Shown here: positions 29,272 to 38,078 of the stretch, piece after piece
Numbering within the stretch: the stretch's first letter is position 1
Layout of the letters: each line of letters opens with the position of its first letter
Origin: Deltaproteobacteria bacterium
Lineage (GTDB): Bacteria; Desulfobacterota; GWC2-55-46
DNA: 64,000 nucleotides
Direction: 5' to 3'
NCBI GenBank assembly: GCA_016182655.1
Contig: JACPGB010000024.1
Location: 30,549 to 94,548, forward strand
The notes under the pieces: generated by a model
Database searches by the model: none
Told to the model about the DNA's origin: nothing
The model's input: only the letters and a program-made list of their open reading frames with translations
Position numbers and translations under genes: made by a program

Positions 29272-30447
29272 TTAAATGACATCCTTCAGAAACGACCTGC
29301 CTTTCGAGGCGCCGCCACCCGCTCCGAAGACCTCGGCAAGCGTTGCGCCGAGGTCCGCGAACGACCCTCTTGTCCCGAGGTTCACGCCTTTTTTAAGCCC
29401 CTTTCCATAGACGAGCAGCGGGACATGCTCCCTGGAATGGTCGGTCGAAGGGGTCGTGGGGTCGCACCCGTGGTCGGCGGTCAGGACGAGCATGTCCCCT
29501 TCGTCAAAAAGCGCGGTCAGCTCGGGTATCCTCTTATCGATCGTCGAAAGGGCCTTCGCATATCCGGCCGTATCGTTCCTGTGGCCGTAGAGGGTGTCGA
29601 AGTCGACGAGGTTCGTGAATACCACCCCCTCGTTATAATGTCTCAGCGCTTCGATAGTCCTGTCCATGCCGTCCGTATCGCTTACCGTGCGTATCTCTTC
29701 GGTAAGGCCCCTGTGGACGAAGATGTCCCCCACCTTCCCGACGCCTACGACGGGCAGCCCCTTTTTCTTAATCCTCTCGATCACGAGCTCTCCGGGCGGC
29801 TCGACGGGCCAGTCCTTTCTCCTCGTGGTCCTCTTGAACGAGCCGGGACGCCCGAGAAAAGGTCTCGCTATGACGCGACTTATGCCGTACTCGTCCATCA
29901 ACTCCCTCGTCTTCCGGCATACCCTGTAGAGCTCTTCTATCGGCACGAGCTCTTCGTGCGCGGCTATCTGGAAGACGCTGTCGGCCGATGTGTAGACGAT
30001 GAGGCGGCCGGTCCTGAGGTGCTCCTCCCCGAGCTCGTCCAATATGCCGGTGCCGGAGGCGGGCTTTCCGCCGAGCCAGCCGTAGCCGGTCTCCTGAACG
30101 AACCGCTCCATCATCTCTGGAGGGAAGCCGTTGGGATAAGTCGGGAAGGGCTTCTCCAGCGTGACCCCGCACATCTCCCAGTGGCCTGTCGCGGTGTCCT
30201 TGCCCGGAGAGACCTCGCGCATCCTGCCGTATGAGGCGATGGGGCTTGCCGTCTTCCTTATGTGGTCAACGCCTTCTATCAAGCCAAGTCCGAAGGAGGA
30301 GAGGTTCTCGATATCGAGCCCTCCGGCCGCCTTAGAGAGGTTTACGAGCGTGTTCGACCCTTTGTCTCCGTAGTCGGCGGCATCCGGCAACTCCCCGCAC
30401 CCGAGCCCGTCGAAGACGATGATGACTACCCTTTTTATCCTGCCCAT
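29272..30447 (-). CDS. deoB: Phosphopentomutase
   Basis: Aligns along its length with the E. coli DeoB sequence as I remember it (VFDGLGCGE, TGHWEM, YTSADSVFQIAAHEE, VIARPF, LTADHGCDPT). Confidence 0.85.
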   Translation of the reverse strand: MGRIKRVVIIVFDGLGCGELPDAADYGDKGSNTLVNLSKAAGGLDIENLSSFGLGLIEGVDHIRKTASPIASYGRMREVSPGKDTATGHWEMCGVTLEKPFPTYPNGFPPEMMERFVQETGYGWLGGKPASGTGILDELGEEHLRTGRLIVYTSADSVFQIAAHEELVPIEELYRVCRKTRELMDEYGISRVIARPFLGRPGSFKRTTRRKDWPVEPPGELVIERIKKKGLPVVGVGKVGDIFVHRGLTEEIRTVSDTDGMDRTIEALRHYNEGVVFTNLVDFDTLYGHRNDTAGYAKALSTIDKRIPELTALFDEGDMLVLTADHGCDPTTPSTDHSREHVPLLVYGKGLKKGVNLGTRGSFADLGATLAEVFGAGGGASKGRSFLKDVI

Positions 30448-30461
30448 TGGATCTAAGTCCC

Positions 30462-31247
30462 TTACCTTAAGCTATAGCCGCGCGGCGTGATGATGCGCCC
30501 GGATCTCACATACGAGCTCGAGTTCCCGACTATGAGTATGGTGAGCATGTCGATTGCGGCGTAATGCGCGCCCACTTCTCCCAGTGTCGTCACAGCCGTG
30601 GCTTCATTGTCACGGGTCGCGTTTTTCACTATCCCCACCGGCGTCGCCTTTGACCTGTGCTTAAGCATGATATCGACGGCCTTTGAAAGCCCCTCGACCC
30701 TCTTCGAGGACTTGGGGTTGTAGAGGACTATGACGAAGTCGGCCTTTGCCGCGGCCTCCACGCGCTCTTCAATAAGCGCCCAGTCGGTCAAAAGGTCGGA
30801 TAGCGAGACGGAGGCGAAGTCGTGCATGAGGGGCGCGCCGAGTATGGCGGACGCCGCGGCGAACGCCGGGACCCCCGGTATCACATCGACCTTGAGGCCC
30901 GGGGACTCCGCCTCTACGAGCTCGAGGATGAGCCCGGCCATCCCGTATATGCCGGAGTCGCCTGAAGAGACGACCGCGACGGTGTCGCCTTCACGCGCGA
31001 ACTCTATCGCCTTCCTGCACCTCTCCACCTCTCCGGTCATTCCGGTGGAAAAGACAGCCTTTCCCGGGATGATCGGGAGGATGAGGTCTATGTACCTCGC
31101 GTATCCGACGACCCTGTCCGCTCCTTTAAGCGCCTCGAGGGCCTTCCCGGTAAGATGATCGAGCCCGCCGGGGCCGATGCCTACGACCGAAATGGAACCC
31201 TTGCGGCCGCGACCGTCACTCTTCCTGTCTTCTTTTTCCGTATGCAT
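30462..31247 (-). CDS. cbiH: Cobalt-factor III / precorrin-3B C17-methyltransferase
   Basis: Tetrapyrrole methylase fold (VVGIGPGG...). Sits in the cbi cluster, and its 5' end overlaps cbiG. Confidence 0.8.
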   Translation of the reverse strand: MHTEKEDRKSDGRGRKGSISVVGIGPGGLDHLTGKALEALKGADRVVGYARYIDLILPIIPGKAVFSTGMTGEVERCRKAIEFAREGDTVAVVSSGDSGIYGMAGLILELVEAESPGLKVDVIPGVPAFAAASAILGAPLMHDFASVSLSDLLTDWALIEERVEAAAKADFVIVLYNPKSSKRVEGLSKAVDIMLKHRSKATPVGIVKNATRDNEATAVTTLGEVGAHYAAIDMLTILIVGNSSSYVRSGRIITPRGYSLR

Positions 31248-32224
31248 AGCGTCTTTCCGCCTGATGAAATAAGGGCAGAGGGCTCGGCAACCCCTCCCGT
31301 CCCGGTCGTCTCAAGTACGAAGCGCGAGGATTTAAGCCCCTTCATCTTTCCCTCGAGTTTTTCCGCCCTGAAAAATTCTATTTCAAGCCCTAACGAGCGC
31401 GCGAAACCGATAAGCCCCTTCTCGCCCCTCTTGATGTCAATGGTCGCAACCTTCGCAATGGACGCCGTCGAGAGTCCCGCCTCTTTAAATGCCTTCTCGA
31501 CCGCCTCTTTGATCTCTTTCCTCGCTACCCCCCTGCGGCAACCGATGCCGACCGAGAGTTCCCTGGGCCTTAAGACGAGAGAGGCCCCTGGCGAGGTCTT
31601 TATAGAGGAGGTGATTAAAACGACAACGCCTTTTTTGGCGCGAGGGGCCGTCTTCCTGAAGACGAACGGCCCTTCTTTGAAAGCGGCCTTAAGCGCGGCA
31701 AGCCTTGATCCGTCGCCGTCTACAACGGTTACGCTTCCGCCTTTGAGTATCTCGGAGTTGACCCGCTTTATGCCTCTTGTATCCTCTATCGCGAAAGAAA
31801 AACCCTTGGCGATATCCTCGATGCACGGAAGGCCCTTCAAATCCGTCGCGGTCGAGACGACCGGGGTCGCGCCGATCAACCGGGCTATCTCTTTTGCGAG
31901 CGAGTTAGCGCATCCCAAATGGCCGGATAAAAGGCTTACGACGAACCTCCCGGCCTCGTCCATGAATACCACTGCCGGGTCAGTCGCCTTGTCTTTTATA
32001 AAAGGCGCTATAGTCCTTACGGCTATGCCTGAGGCCGAAATGAACAAAAGCGGCGTCCTTGTCCTCCACGCCTCTTTCGCGGCCTTTTTGAGGCCGCCGT
32101 CCTTTGATTCCAATGGGGTGAAAAGTCTCGCCCCCGGAAAGGCCTTCTTTATCATCCGCCCGAGTTTGAATCCGGCTTCCGTCACCGGGAGGATAAAAAG
32201 CCCCTGTCCTTCGCCGGTATTCAT
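31181..32224 (-). CDS. cbiG: Cobalt-precorrin 5A hydrolase
   Basis: CbiG N-, middle and C-terminal domains. Sits between cbiH and the creatininase-family gene. Confidence 0.75.
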   Translation of the reverse strand: MNTGEGQGLFILPVTEAGFKLGRMIKKAFPGARLFTPLESKDGGLKKAAKEAWRTRTPLLFISASGIAVRTIAPFIKDKATDPAVVFMDEAGRFVVSLLSGHLGCANSLAKEIARLIGATPVVSTATDLKGLPCIEDIAKGFSFAIEDTRGIKRVNSEILKGGSVTVVDGDGSRLAALKAAFKEGPFVFRKTAPRAKKGVVVLITSSIKTSPGASLVLRPRELSVGIGCRRGVARKEIKEAVEKAFKEAGLSTASIAKVATIDIKRGEKGLIGFARSLGLEIEFFRAEKLEGKMKGLKSSRFVLETTGTGGVAEPSALISSGGKTLCIRKKKTGRVTVAAARVPFRS

Positions 32225-32940
32225 CAGACCCTGTCAAAGCCCTTTATAAGCCCTTCGACCTTCTCTACCATGAGGTTGAAAAGTGCCTCGCCCTTCTCCT
32301 TTGTCGCCTTCTCCGGGTTGCCCCAGACCGCGCCCTTCCAGTACCTGACCTTCTCTTTCAGAATGTAGGGCCTCGGTATCTCCGGGTATTCCTCGGCGCT
32401 CCTCCCCTTGACCAATCTCGGCGCAAGGAATAGTACGAGCGAGGTCTCGGCCTCTCCGGCGTGGGAATCGTTAGGGGTCTCGATGATCTCTCTCGCGTCC
32501 TTCCCGAGTGTCTCATAGATTGACAACGCCGCCATCTTCGTATCCTCAAGCGTAGCGACGAGCGCTTCCGAGGCCTCCCGAAGCGCCGCGACATGCAACG
32601 ACCCGCCGTGGCCCGATACGAGGAGGAAGTTCCTGAAGCCGCATCTGTGTCCGCTCTTTACTATGTCGGACACTATAAGGCGTAATGCGTCAGCCGATAT
32701 TCCTATTGTCCCCGGGTGGTCGCCGGTCGAGGTACAGACCCCGTACTGGAGAGGCGGGGCCATAAAGACCCTGTCGTTCCTCTCGGCGACCTTTCTAACG
32801 ACCTCCCTTATGACGAGGGTGTCCGTATTCAACGGCAAATGGGACCCGTGGGCCTCGACGGTCCCGAGCGGGAGTATGAGGGTATTCGCCCTCCTTACCG
32901 CCTTTTTCAAATCCGTCATCGTCGTCTCGCCGAGTATCAT
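32224..32940 (-). CDS. Creatininase-family amidohydrolase embedded in the cbi operon
   Basis: Start MILGETTMTDL at 32938-32940, where the ATG overlaps the vanZ stop as ATGA. Has the LPLGTVEAHGSHLP metal-binding motif of PF02633. The ORF track's N-terminal extension overlaps vanZ and is spurious. Confidence 0.7.
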   Translation of the reverse strand: MILGETTMTDLKKAVRRANTLILPLGTVEAHGSHLPLNTDTLVIREVVRKVAERNDRVFMAPPLQYGVCTSTGDHPGTIGISADALRLIVSDIVKSGHRCGFRNFLLVSGHGGSLHVAALREASEALVATLEDTKMAALSIYETLGKDAREIIETPNDSHAGEAETSLVLFLAPRLVKGRSAEEYPEIPRPYILKEKVRYWKGAVWGNPEKATKEKGEALFNLMVEKVEGLIKGFDRV

Positions 32941-33323
32941 ATCCGCCTCCTCGAGGATTGTCCCATGAACGAAAGAAAACGGTTGAATATGATAGCGCCG
33001 ATGATGCCTCCCGCGCCGTTGACCATCCCGTCTATAATATCGGAGTTCCTCTCCGGCACGAAGGACTGGAGGACCTCGATCGCCGCCCCGAATAGAAATG
33101 CGAAGGAGCCTGCAAGGAGGACCGCACGCGAGCTCTTGATACCCTCTCCCCCCCTCATGGCCCGTACCCATAGCCCGCCCATGATCGCGTACGCTCCGAG
33201 ATGATAGACCTTGTCTATCTCCCATATCTCCGGCAGTTCCTCGGGCATGGGGGTAAGCGAGCCCCATACTATAAAAGCCAGGTACAGGACGAGCGGCCCC
33301 CAGTATTTAATGATGCGCTTCAT
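32937..33323 (-). CDS. VanZ-family membrane protein
   Basis: 128 aa with four TM segments. A VanZ-like fold is the best guess. Confidence 0.55.
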   Translation of the reverse strand: MKRIIKYWGPLVLYLAFIVWGSLTPMPEELPEIWEIDKVYHLGAYAIMGGLWVRAMRGGEGIKSSRAVLLAGSFAFLFGAAIEVLQSFVPERNSDIIDGMVNGAGGIIGAIIFNRFLSFMGQSSRRRI

Positions 33324-34078
33324 CCCCTGTAGCCGTGGCTGAAGCCCTTGTCATAGAGGAGAGAGGCCTGGGTCTCGTCCCCTATCGCCCTGCCGACTAT
33401 AATGAGCGCGTGCCTGGTGATACCCGCCGCCTTGACTTTCCCGGCTATATCCGAGAGCGTCCCCTTGACGACCTTTTCGTCCTCCCAGGAGGCCTTGTAG
33501 ACGCAGGCCGCCGGGGTGTCCGCCGGATAGCCCTTCGATAACTCTTCGACCACCTTCTCGATCATCGAGGCGCTCAAAAATACGCATATCGTCGCGCGGT
33601 GCGAGGCAAGGGCGGCGAGGCCCTCTGCCTCGGGCACAGGCGTCCTCCCTTCGAGCCTCGTGAATATCACGGTCTGGGTGACGCCCGGCATCGTAAGCTC
33701 TCTTTTGAGTGTCGCCGCCGAGGCGAACGCGGAAGATACGCCTGGTACGACCCTGTAAGGGATGCCTTCTTTCTCAAGGAGGTCGGCCTGCTCCCGGAGC
33801 GCGCTATAGAGAGACGGGTCTCCTGTGTGGAGCCTTACGACCTTTTTGCCGGCTTTCGCGGCCCTGATCATTACGCCAGTTATCTCTTCAAGATCCATCG
33901 AGGCGCTGTTAAGCACCTCCGCCTCTTTCCGGCTGTATTCGATGACCTTCTCGTCGAGCAAGGACCCTGTATAGACGACGAGGTCCGCTTCTTTAAGAAG
34001 CCTCAATCCCTTTACGGTTATAAGCTCCGGGTCCCCGGGGCCGCCTCCGACAAAATGTATGGTAGTCGCCTCGCTCAC
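33320..34078 (-). CDS. cbiF: Cobalt-precorrin-4 C11-methyltransferase
   Basis: IHFVGGGPGDPELITVKG...TGDPSLY is the classic CbiF/CobM signature. Confidence 0.85.
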   Translation of the reverse strand: MSEATTIHFVGGGPGDPELITVKGLRLLKEADLVVYTGSLLDEKVIEYSRKEAEVLNSASMDLEEITGVMIRAAKAGKKVVRLHTGDPSLYSALREQADLLEKEGIPYRVVPGVSSAFASAATLKRELTMPGVTQTVIFTRLEGRTPVPEAEGLAALASHRATICVFLSASMIEKVVEELSKGYPADTPAACVYKASWEDEKVVKGTLSDIAGKVKAAGITRHALIIVGRAIGDETQASLLYDKGFSHGYRG

Positions 34079-34791
34079 GCCTTGCCCTTCCTTAAGATGA
34101 CCATCGAAAAATACCCCGCCTTCCTGCCCTTGAGCTTGCCTATGCCGCGAACGACCTCTTCGTCCTTCCAGCCGACGCGGGAGGCAAAGACGGATGAGTC
34201 CGCGACCCCTAACTCAAGCGCGAGGTCGATTATCTTATCCAAAAATCTCCCCGCCTTCATGAGGACGACTGAACCGGACTCATCTAACATTTTTTTTATC
34301 TCTTCAACGCCCGTCGAGGCAGGCATGATCATGACCCGCTCGTCCGATTCCGCAAGCGGGGCAAGGGCAACGGAGGCCGCCGCGGAAAACGACGTCACAC
34401 CGGGTATAGACCTCACCTCCGCACCCGCCTCTTTTACGAGCGGCACGAGGTAGCTGAATGTCGAGTAAAGCATCGGATCGCCGAGGGTGATGAAGGCGAC
34501 ATCCTTGCCTTGTTTAAGTCTTTCAATGATAGAGGCCGCGGCATCTTTCCGCGCCTCTTCAAGCGCATCCGCGTCCTTTGTCATTGGGAAGAGGAGCTCC
34601 AGCGGCTCATTGCCCTCGACCCCCGCGGCCCTGACTATCGAGAACGCCTTGCTCTCGTTCTCTGAAGCCGTCTCAGAGGACTTCGGGTACGCGAGCACCG
34701 TTGCCCCTTTCAGGACCCTCAATGCCTTGAGCGTCAAGAGCTCCGGGTCCCCGGGGCCGACACCTATGCCGTAGAGCATGCCTGTCTTCAT
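34075..34791 (-). CDS. cbiL: Cobalt-precorrin-2 C20-methyltransferase
   Basis: Start MKTGMLYGIGVGPGDPELLTLKA at 34789-34791. The longer listed ORF (to 34899) overlaps cbiET. Confidence 0.8.
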   Translation of the reverse strand: MKTGMLYGIGVGPGDPELLTLKALRVLKGATVLAYPKSSETASENESKAFSIVRAAGVEGNEPLELLFPMTKDADALEEARKDAAASIIERLKQGKDVAFITLGDPMLYSTFSYLVPLVKEAGAEVRSIPGVTSFSAAASVALAPLAESDERVMIMPASTGVEEIKKMLDESGSVVLMKAGRFLDKIIDLALELGVADSSVFASRVGWKDEEVVRGIGKLKGRKAGYFSMVILRKGKA

Positions 34792-35996
34792 GTTTTTTTT
34801 CCTGTGATGATGAATACCGGATTCATGGCCGAGAGCATCGTGAGGCCTGATAAGTCCCGCGACTTCGCAATCGAGACCTGTATGAGCTCGGCATCCCACT
34901 TTTTCGATTTAAAGAACGCGGTAGCGACAGAGGCCGTCTCCATGGTCACCGCGTTCACCACACACCTTCCGCCGGGGAGGAGCCTCTTCGATACATGGGA
35001 GAGTATCCTCATTATGTCTCTGCCGCCACCGCCGACAAATACCGAGCCGGGCCTTTCCTTTATGATAGAGAGGGACTCCGGTGCTCGGCCCTGTATGACC
35101 TCGACATTATCCGCGCCGAACCTCTTCCTGTTCGCCACGATGTCCTTTACCCTCTTCGGGTCTTTCTCAACCGCGTATACGATACCCGCGCCCGAGAGCG
35201 CCGCCTCTATCGCGACAGACCCGGTACACGCGCCTATGTCCCAGACGACCGAGCCTTTTTTGACCCTGAGCTTGGAGAGGCTTATGACGCGGATCTCTTC
35301 TTTTGTTATCATCGCGCCTTCGTGCGCGAATTCGTTATCGCTTATCCCGGGCCCGTACGATTTTTGAACGGACTGACTGCCGATGAGTATCATCACATTC
35401 AGGTCCGCGAACTTTTTTACGCTTGCGATATCAGGGAGCCCGCCCTCTATCACTCGCTCGTCCTTAGCGCCTATCGATTCGACGACAAAGGCCCTTAAGC
35501 CCCTCGCGCCCTTGCCTATCAATGCCTTCGCGATAGTCGCCGGGGTATTGACCCCGTCCGTAAAGAGGGCCGTCTTGTCGTTTCTGAGTATTTCGTCAAC
35601 AAGGGCTTCAAGACCGCCCCTGCCGTGCGCGCTCAACACCTTTACCCCGTTCGAGTCCTCCTTAACACGCGCGAACGCCTCCTGCACGGTGCTGACATTG
35701 GGAATGATGTTCACGCGCCTTTTGCCGAACCGTTTTATGATAAAGGACGCTATGCCGTAGAGGAGCGGGTCGCCTGTGGCCAGGACCACGGCGTCCTCGT
35801 CCTTTTTTAATTTCTCGATCCTCGCCGCGATGCGCTCCAGCCCGCCCTGTACCGGGACCTTCTCGGCCTTTGCGTCGGGGAACTCTTCAAGGTGTCGTTT
35901 CCCCCCAATGATAAGCGCGGCCTTTCCGACGAGCGAGAGCGCGTCTTGACCGAGCGACTCCCTGCCCTTTACGCCTATGCCTATCACGTGTATCAT
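34788..35996 (-). CDS. cbiET: Fused cobalt-precorrin-6B/7 methyltransferases CbiE-CbiT (CobL-type)
   Basis: N-terminal tetrapyrrole methylase (MIHVIGIGVKG) and C-terminal class I SAM MTase (VVWDIGACTGSVAIEAA). Confidence 0.85.
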   Translation of the reverse strand: MIHVIGIGVKGRESLGQDALSLVGKAALIIGGKRHLEEFPDAKAEKVPVQGGLERIAARIEKLKKDEDAVVLATGDPLLYGIASFIIKRFGKRRVNIIPNVSTVQEAFARVKEDSNGVKVLSAHGRGGLEALVDEILRNDKTALFTDGVNTPATIAKALIGKGARGLRAFVVESIGAKDERVIEGGLPDIASVKKFADLNVMILIGSQSVQKSYGPGISDNEFAHEGAMITKEEIRVISLSKLRVKKGSVVWDIGACTGSVAIEAALSGAGIVYAVEKDPKRVKDIVANRKRFGADNVEVIQGRAPESLSIIKERPGSVFVGGGGRDIMRILSHVSKRLLPGGRCVVNAVTMETASVATAFFKSKKWDAELIQVSIAKSRDLSGLTMLSAMNPVFIITGKKT

Positions 35997-37099
35997 CCGT
36001 CAATACCTGAAGAGAAAATCGCGTTATCGTACCCGGCGAGCATGGCGCGGACTGTAGTCCTGCCCTTGAAAAACCCTGCCGAGTTCTCCTTTACGAGCCT
36101 CACCACCTCTTTTATTACCCTGTCCAGCCCCTCTTCCCTCAATATGAAGTAGACCTCTCTCGCGGTGTTAGCCTTGAGTATCTTTTTTATAATATCTTCT
36201 CCCGCGCCATTTCGCCTCGCAACTTTTGAGAGGAAGCCGAAGTCGACGCTTGAGTCCGAACAGTGCGTCTCGAAGTTGCCTGCCGAGAGCTTCGTGAATT
36301 TTCCGAACTGCCCGGCGACTACCACCTTCTCTATCCCTTTTTTGCCCGAGGCGTAGCAAAGGGCCGAGCCCATGTGGTCGCCGGTGAGTATGTACGAGAC
36401 TTCGGGGAGCTTAAGGAGCTTTTCCGCCGCCTTCTCGCTCGACCTGCCGGTCGAGAAGACGACCTCTTTAAGGCCGCCCGCCACAGCCACATCGACCCCG
36501 CAGTATATCGAATGCGTAAACGCGGCGAGCGACATCGGCTCGACTATCCCGGTCGTCCCGAGTATCGAGATGCCTCCGACTATCCCGAGCCTCGGGTTCA
36601 TCGTCTTTTCGGCGAGCCGAGAGCCCTTGGGGACAGTTACGGTCACGCGGACCGAAGGGGAGACGCCAACCCTCTCCATCTCCTCCTTTACGGCGCGCCT
36701 TATCATCTTAAGCGGCACCGGGTTTATGGCCGGTCTCCCGGCCCTTATCTTCAGCCCCGGCTTTGTTACCGTGCCGACGCCTTCGCCGCCTTTTATAACG
36801 ATCCGCCCCGCGCTCCCGGTTATCCTTACTTCGGTTATGAACTCGGCCTTGTTCGTGACGTCCGGGTCGTCGCCCGCGTCTTTTATGACAGACGCCCTCG
36901 CTGAACCTTCCTCCACGAGGACCCGGTTTATGGGCACCTTCAGTTCTCCGCCACGGGGGAGCGAGACAAAAACGGAGCGCGCCGCCTTTGCCCTTTTGCC
37001 GAGCGTGGAGCCAAAAAGCGCATGTGCCGCTGCCTTTGCTCCGGCAGCGGCACATGTGCCTGTCGTAAAACCCTTTCTCAACGCCTTTTGAGCCTTCAT
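35993..37099 (-). CDS. cbiD: Cobalt-precorrin-5B C1-methyltransferase
   Basis: LRKGFTTGTCAAAGAKAA N-terminus typical of CbiD. Confidence 0.85.
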   Translation of the reverse strand: MKAQKALRKGFTTGTCAAAGAKAAAHALFGSTLGKRAKAARSVFVSLPRGGELKVPINRVLVEEGSARASVIKDAGDDPDVTNKAEFITEVRITGSAGRIVIKGGEGVGTVTKPGLKIRAGRPAINPVPLKMIRRAVKEEMERVGVSPSVRVTVTVPKGSRLAEKTMNPRLGIVGGISILGTTGIVEPMSLAAFTHSIYCGVDVAVAGGLKEVVFSTGRSSEKAAEKLLKLPEVSYILTGDHMGSALCYASGKKGIEKVVVAGQFGKFTKLSAGNFETHCSDSSVDFGFLSKVARRNGAGEDIIKKILKANTAREVYFILREEGLDRVIKEVVRLVKENSAGFFKGRTTVRAMLAGYDNAIFSSGIDG

Positions 37100-37540
37100 T
37101 TACGCCTTCAGTGCCTTGCCGTTCTCCCCGGCCGTCCCCTTCCAGAACGACCACACCCCGGCTATCATAGCGCCGAGCAACGCCGAGAGCGACAGCCCCT
37201 GTAACGCCTCGGGCGTGAGCACATGGTACCTCTCGGGCTCTATCGTTGATAACATTGCGCCCCCGACGCGAAGGATGAGCCAGATGAGGGTCGAGGTGAA
37301 TATCGACCTGGCAAATATGTTCCTGAACGGTATCATACCTCCGCCCGCGCCGATGATCCCGCCCGCCACGACCCCGAAAAGTCCGCCCCCGAGCGCGAAC
37401 GATACCGTATCATGGAGGAGCCCGGTCTCGGGCGTAAATACGCCTGTGGCCGAGTTCACTGCCATCGACACGAACCCCCAGAGGACGCCGCCGACTGCCC
37501 CGGCGATTATCCCGTCCTTAAAGCCGAACGTCAGTGGCAT
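37100..37540 (-). CDS. Gly-rich membrane protein translationally coupled to cbtB; possible short CbtA-like cobalt transporter subunit
   Basis: 146 aa with four TM segments. Its ATG overlaps the cbtB stop (ATGCCACTGA). Confidence 0.4.
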   Translation of the reverse strand: MPLTFGFKDGIIAGAVGGVLWGFVSMAVNSATGVFTPETGLLHDTVSFALGGGLFGVVAGGIIGAGGGMIPFRNIFARSIFTSTLIWLILRVGGAMLSTIEPERYHVLTPEALQGLSLSALLGAMIAGVWSFWKGTAGENGKALKA

Positions 37541-37704
37541 GGCATGCCTATCACGTGCCTGAAGTCGTGGAACGCGTCATGCACGCCGGGCGCGACCGAC
37601 TCCATCCCGAACGCGACGACTACCATCGCGCACGCTATCAGGACCAGCGCCGCGGCGCCTATAAGCATCCATCCCGTATTCTCTCTCCCGAGTATCCTTT
37701 CCAT
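37531..37704 (-). CDS. cbtB: Small cobalt-transporter subunit CbtB-like protein (57 aa; not in the ORF track)
   Basis: MERILGRENTGWMLIGAAALVLIACAMVVVAFGMESVAPGVHDAFHDFRHVIGMPCH: one TM segment and a His-rich tail HDAFHDFRH...CH as in CbtB. AAGGAGG RBS 7 nt upstream. Confidence 0.55.
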   Translation of the reverse strand: MERILGRENTGWMLIGAAALVLIACAMVVVAFGMESVAPGVHDAFHDFRHVIGMPCH

Positions 37705-37902
37705 TCCCGCAACCTCCTTATATAGTATTCAACACCCGATAGACGAATCCGTTGAGGCCTTTTGCGAGGCCCCAACGATTATACCCGAAAAAACTTTTTT
37801 TGATAACCAGAAAAAAAAGGAAGGAAGCCCGTCCTCCCAAAGGGAGGGCGGGCGGGCAATGAACCACCACGATAGCTTATGCTATTGAAATATCTCTCTA
37901 AA

Positions 37903-38060
37903 CCTCCCCTCCCTCGACGGGAGGGGACAGAGGGGAGGGTGAAATCTCTGCTGGGCACAGGGCCAAAGCTCTAATGCGGGCTTTGGGATAAATCGATTTA
38001 TAGGCGTTCGATACCGAATTGCCCGCCCGGCACGCTTCACCCCCACCCTGCCTCCCCCAG
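37903..38060. repeat. Family 3 repeat, long form, copy B (~158 bp)
   Basis: CCTCCCCTCCCTCGACGGGAGGGGACAGAGGGGAGGGTGA...GCCCGCCCGGCACGCTTCACCCCCACCCTGCCTCCCCC. Near-identical to 61220-61392. Confidence 0.8.
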
Positions 38061-38078
38061 GAGTTTTAGCTGCAGGCC

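Noticed and set aside
32941-33267. N-terminal 109-aa extension of the 32224-33267 ORF
   Set aside because: It overlaps vanZ in another frame. A conserved creatininase N-terminus begins at MILGETT, where the ATG overlaps the vanZ stop.
37705-38078. Looked for a second cobalamin riboswitch upstream of cbtB
   Set aside because: No B12 box (GCCACUG) on the minus strand. The region is occupied by a family 3 repeat and a TATAAT-like element.
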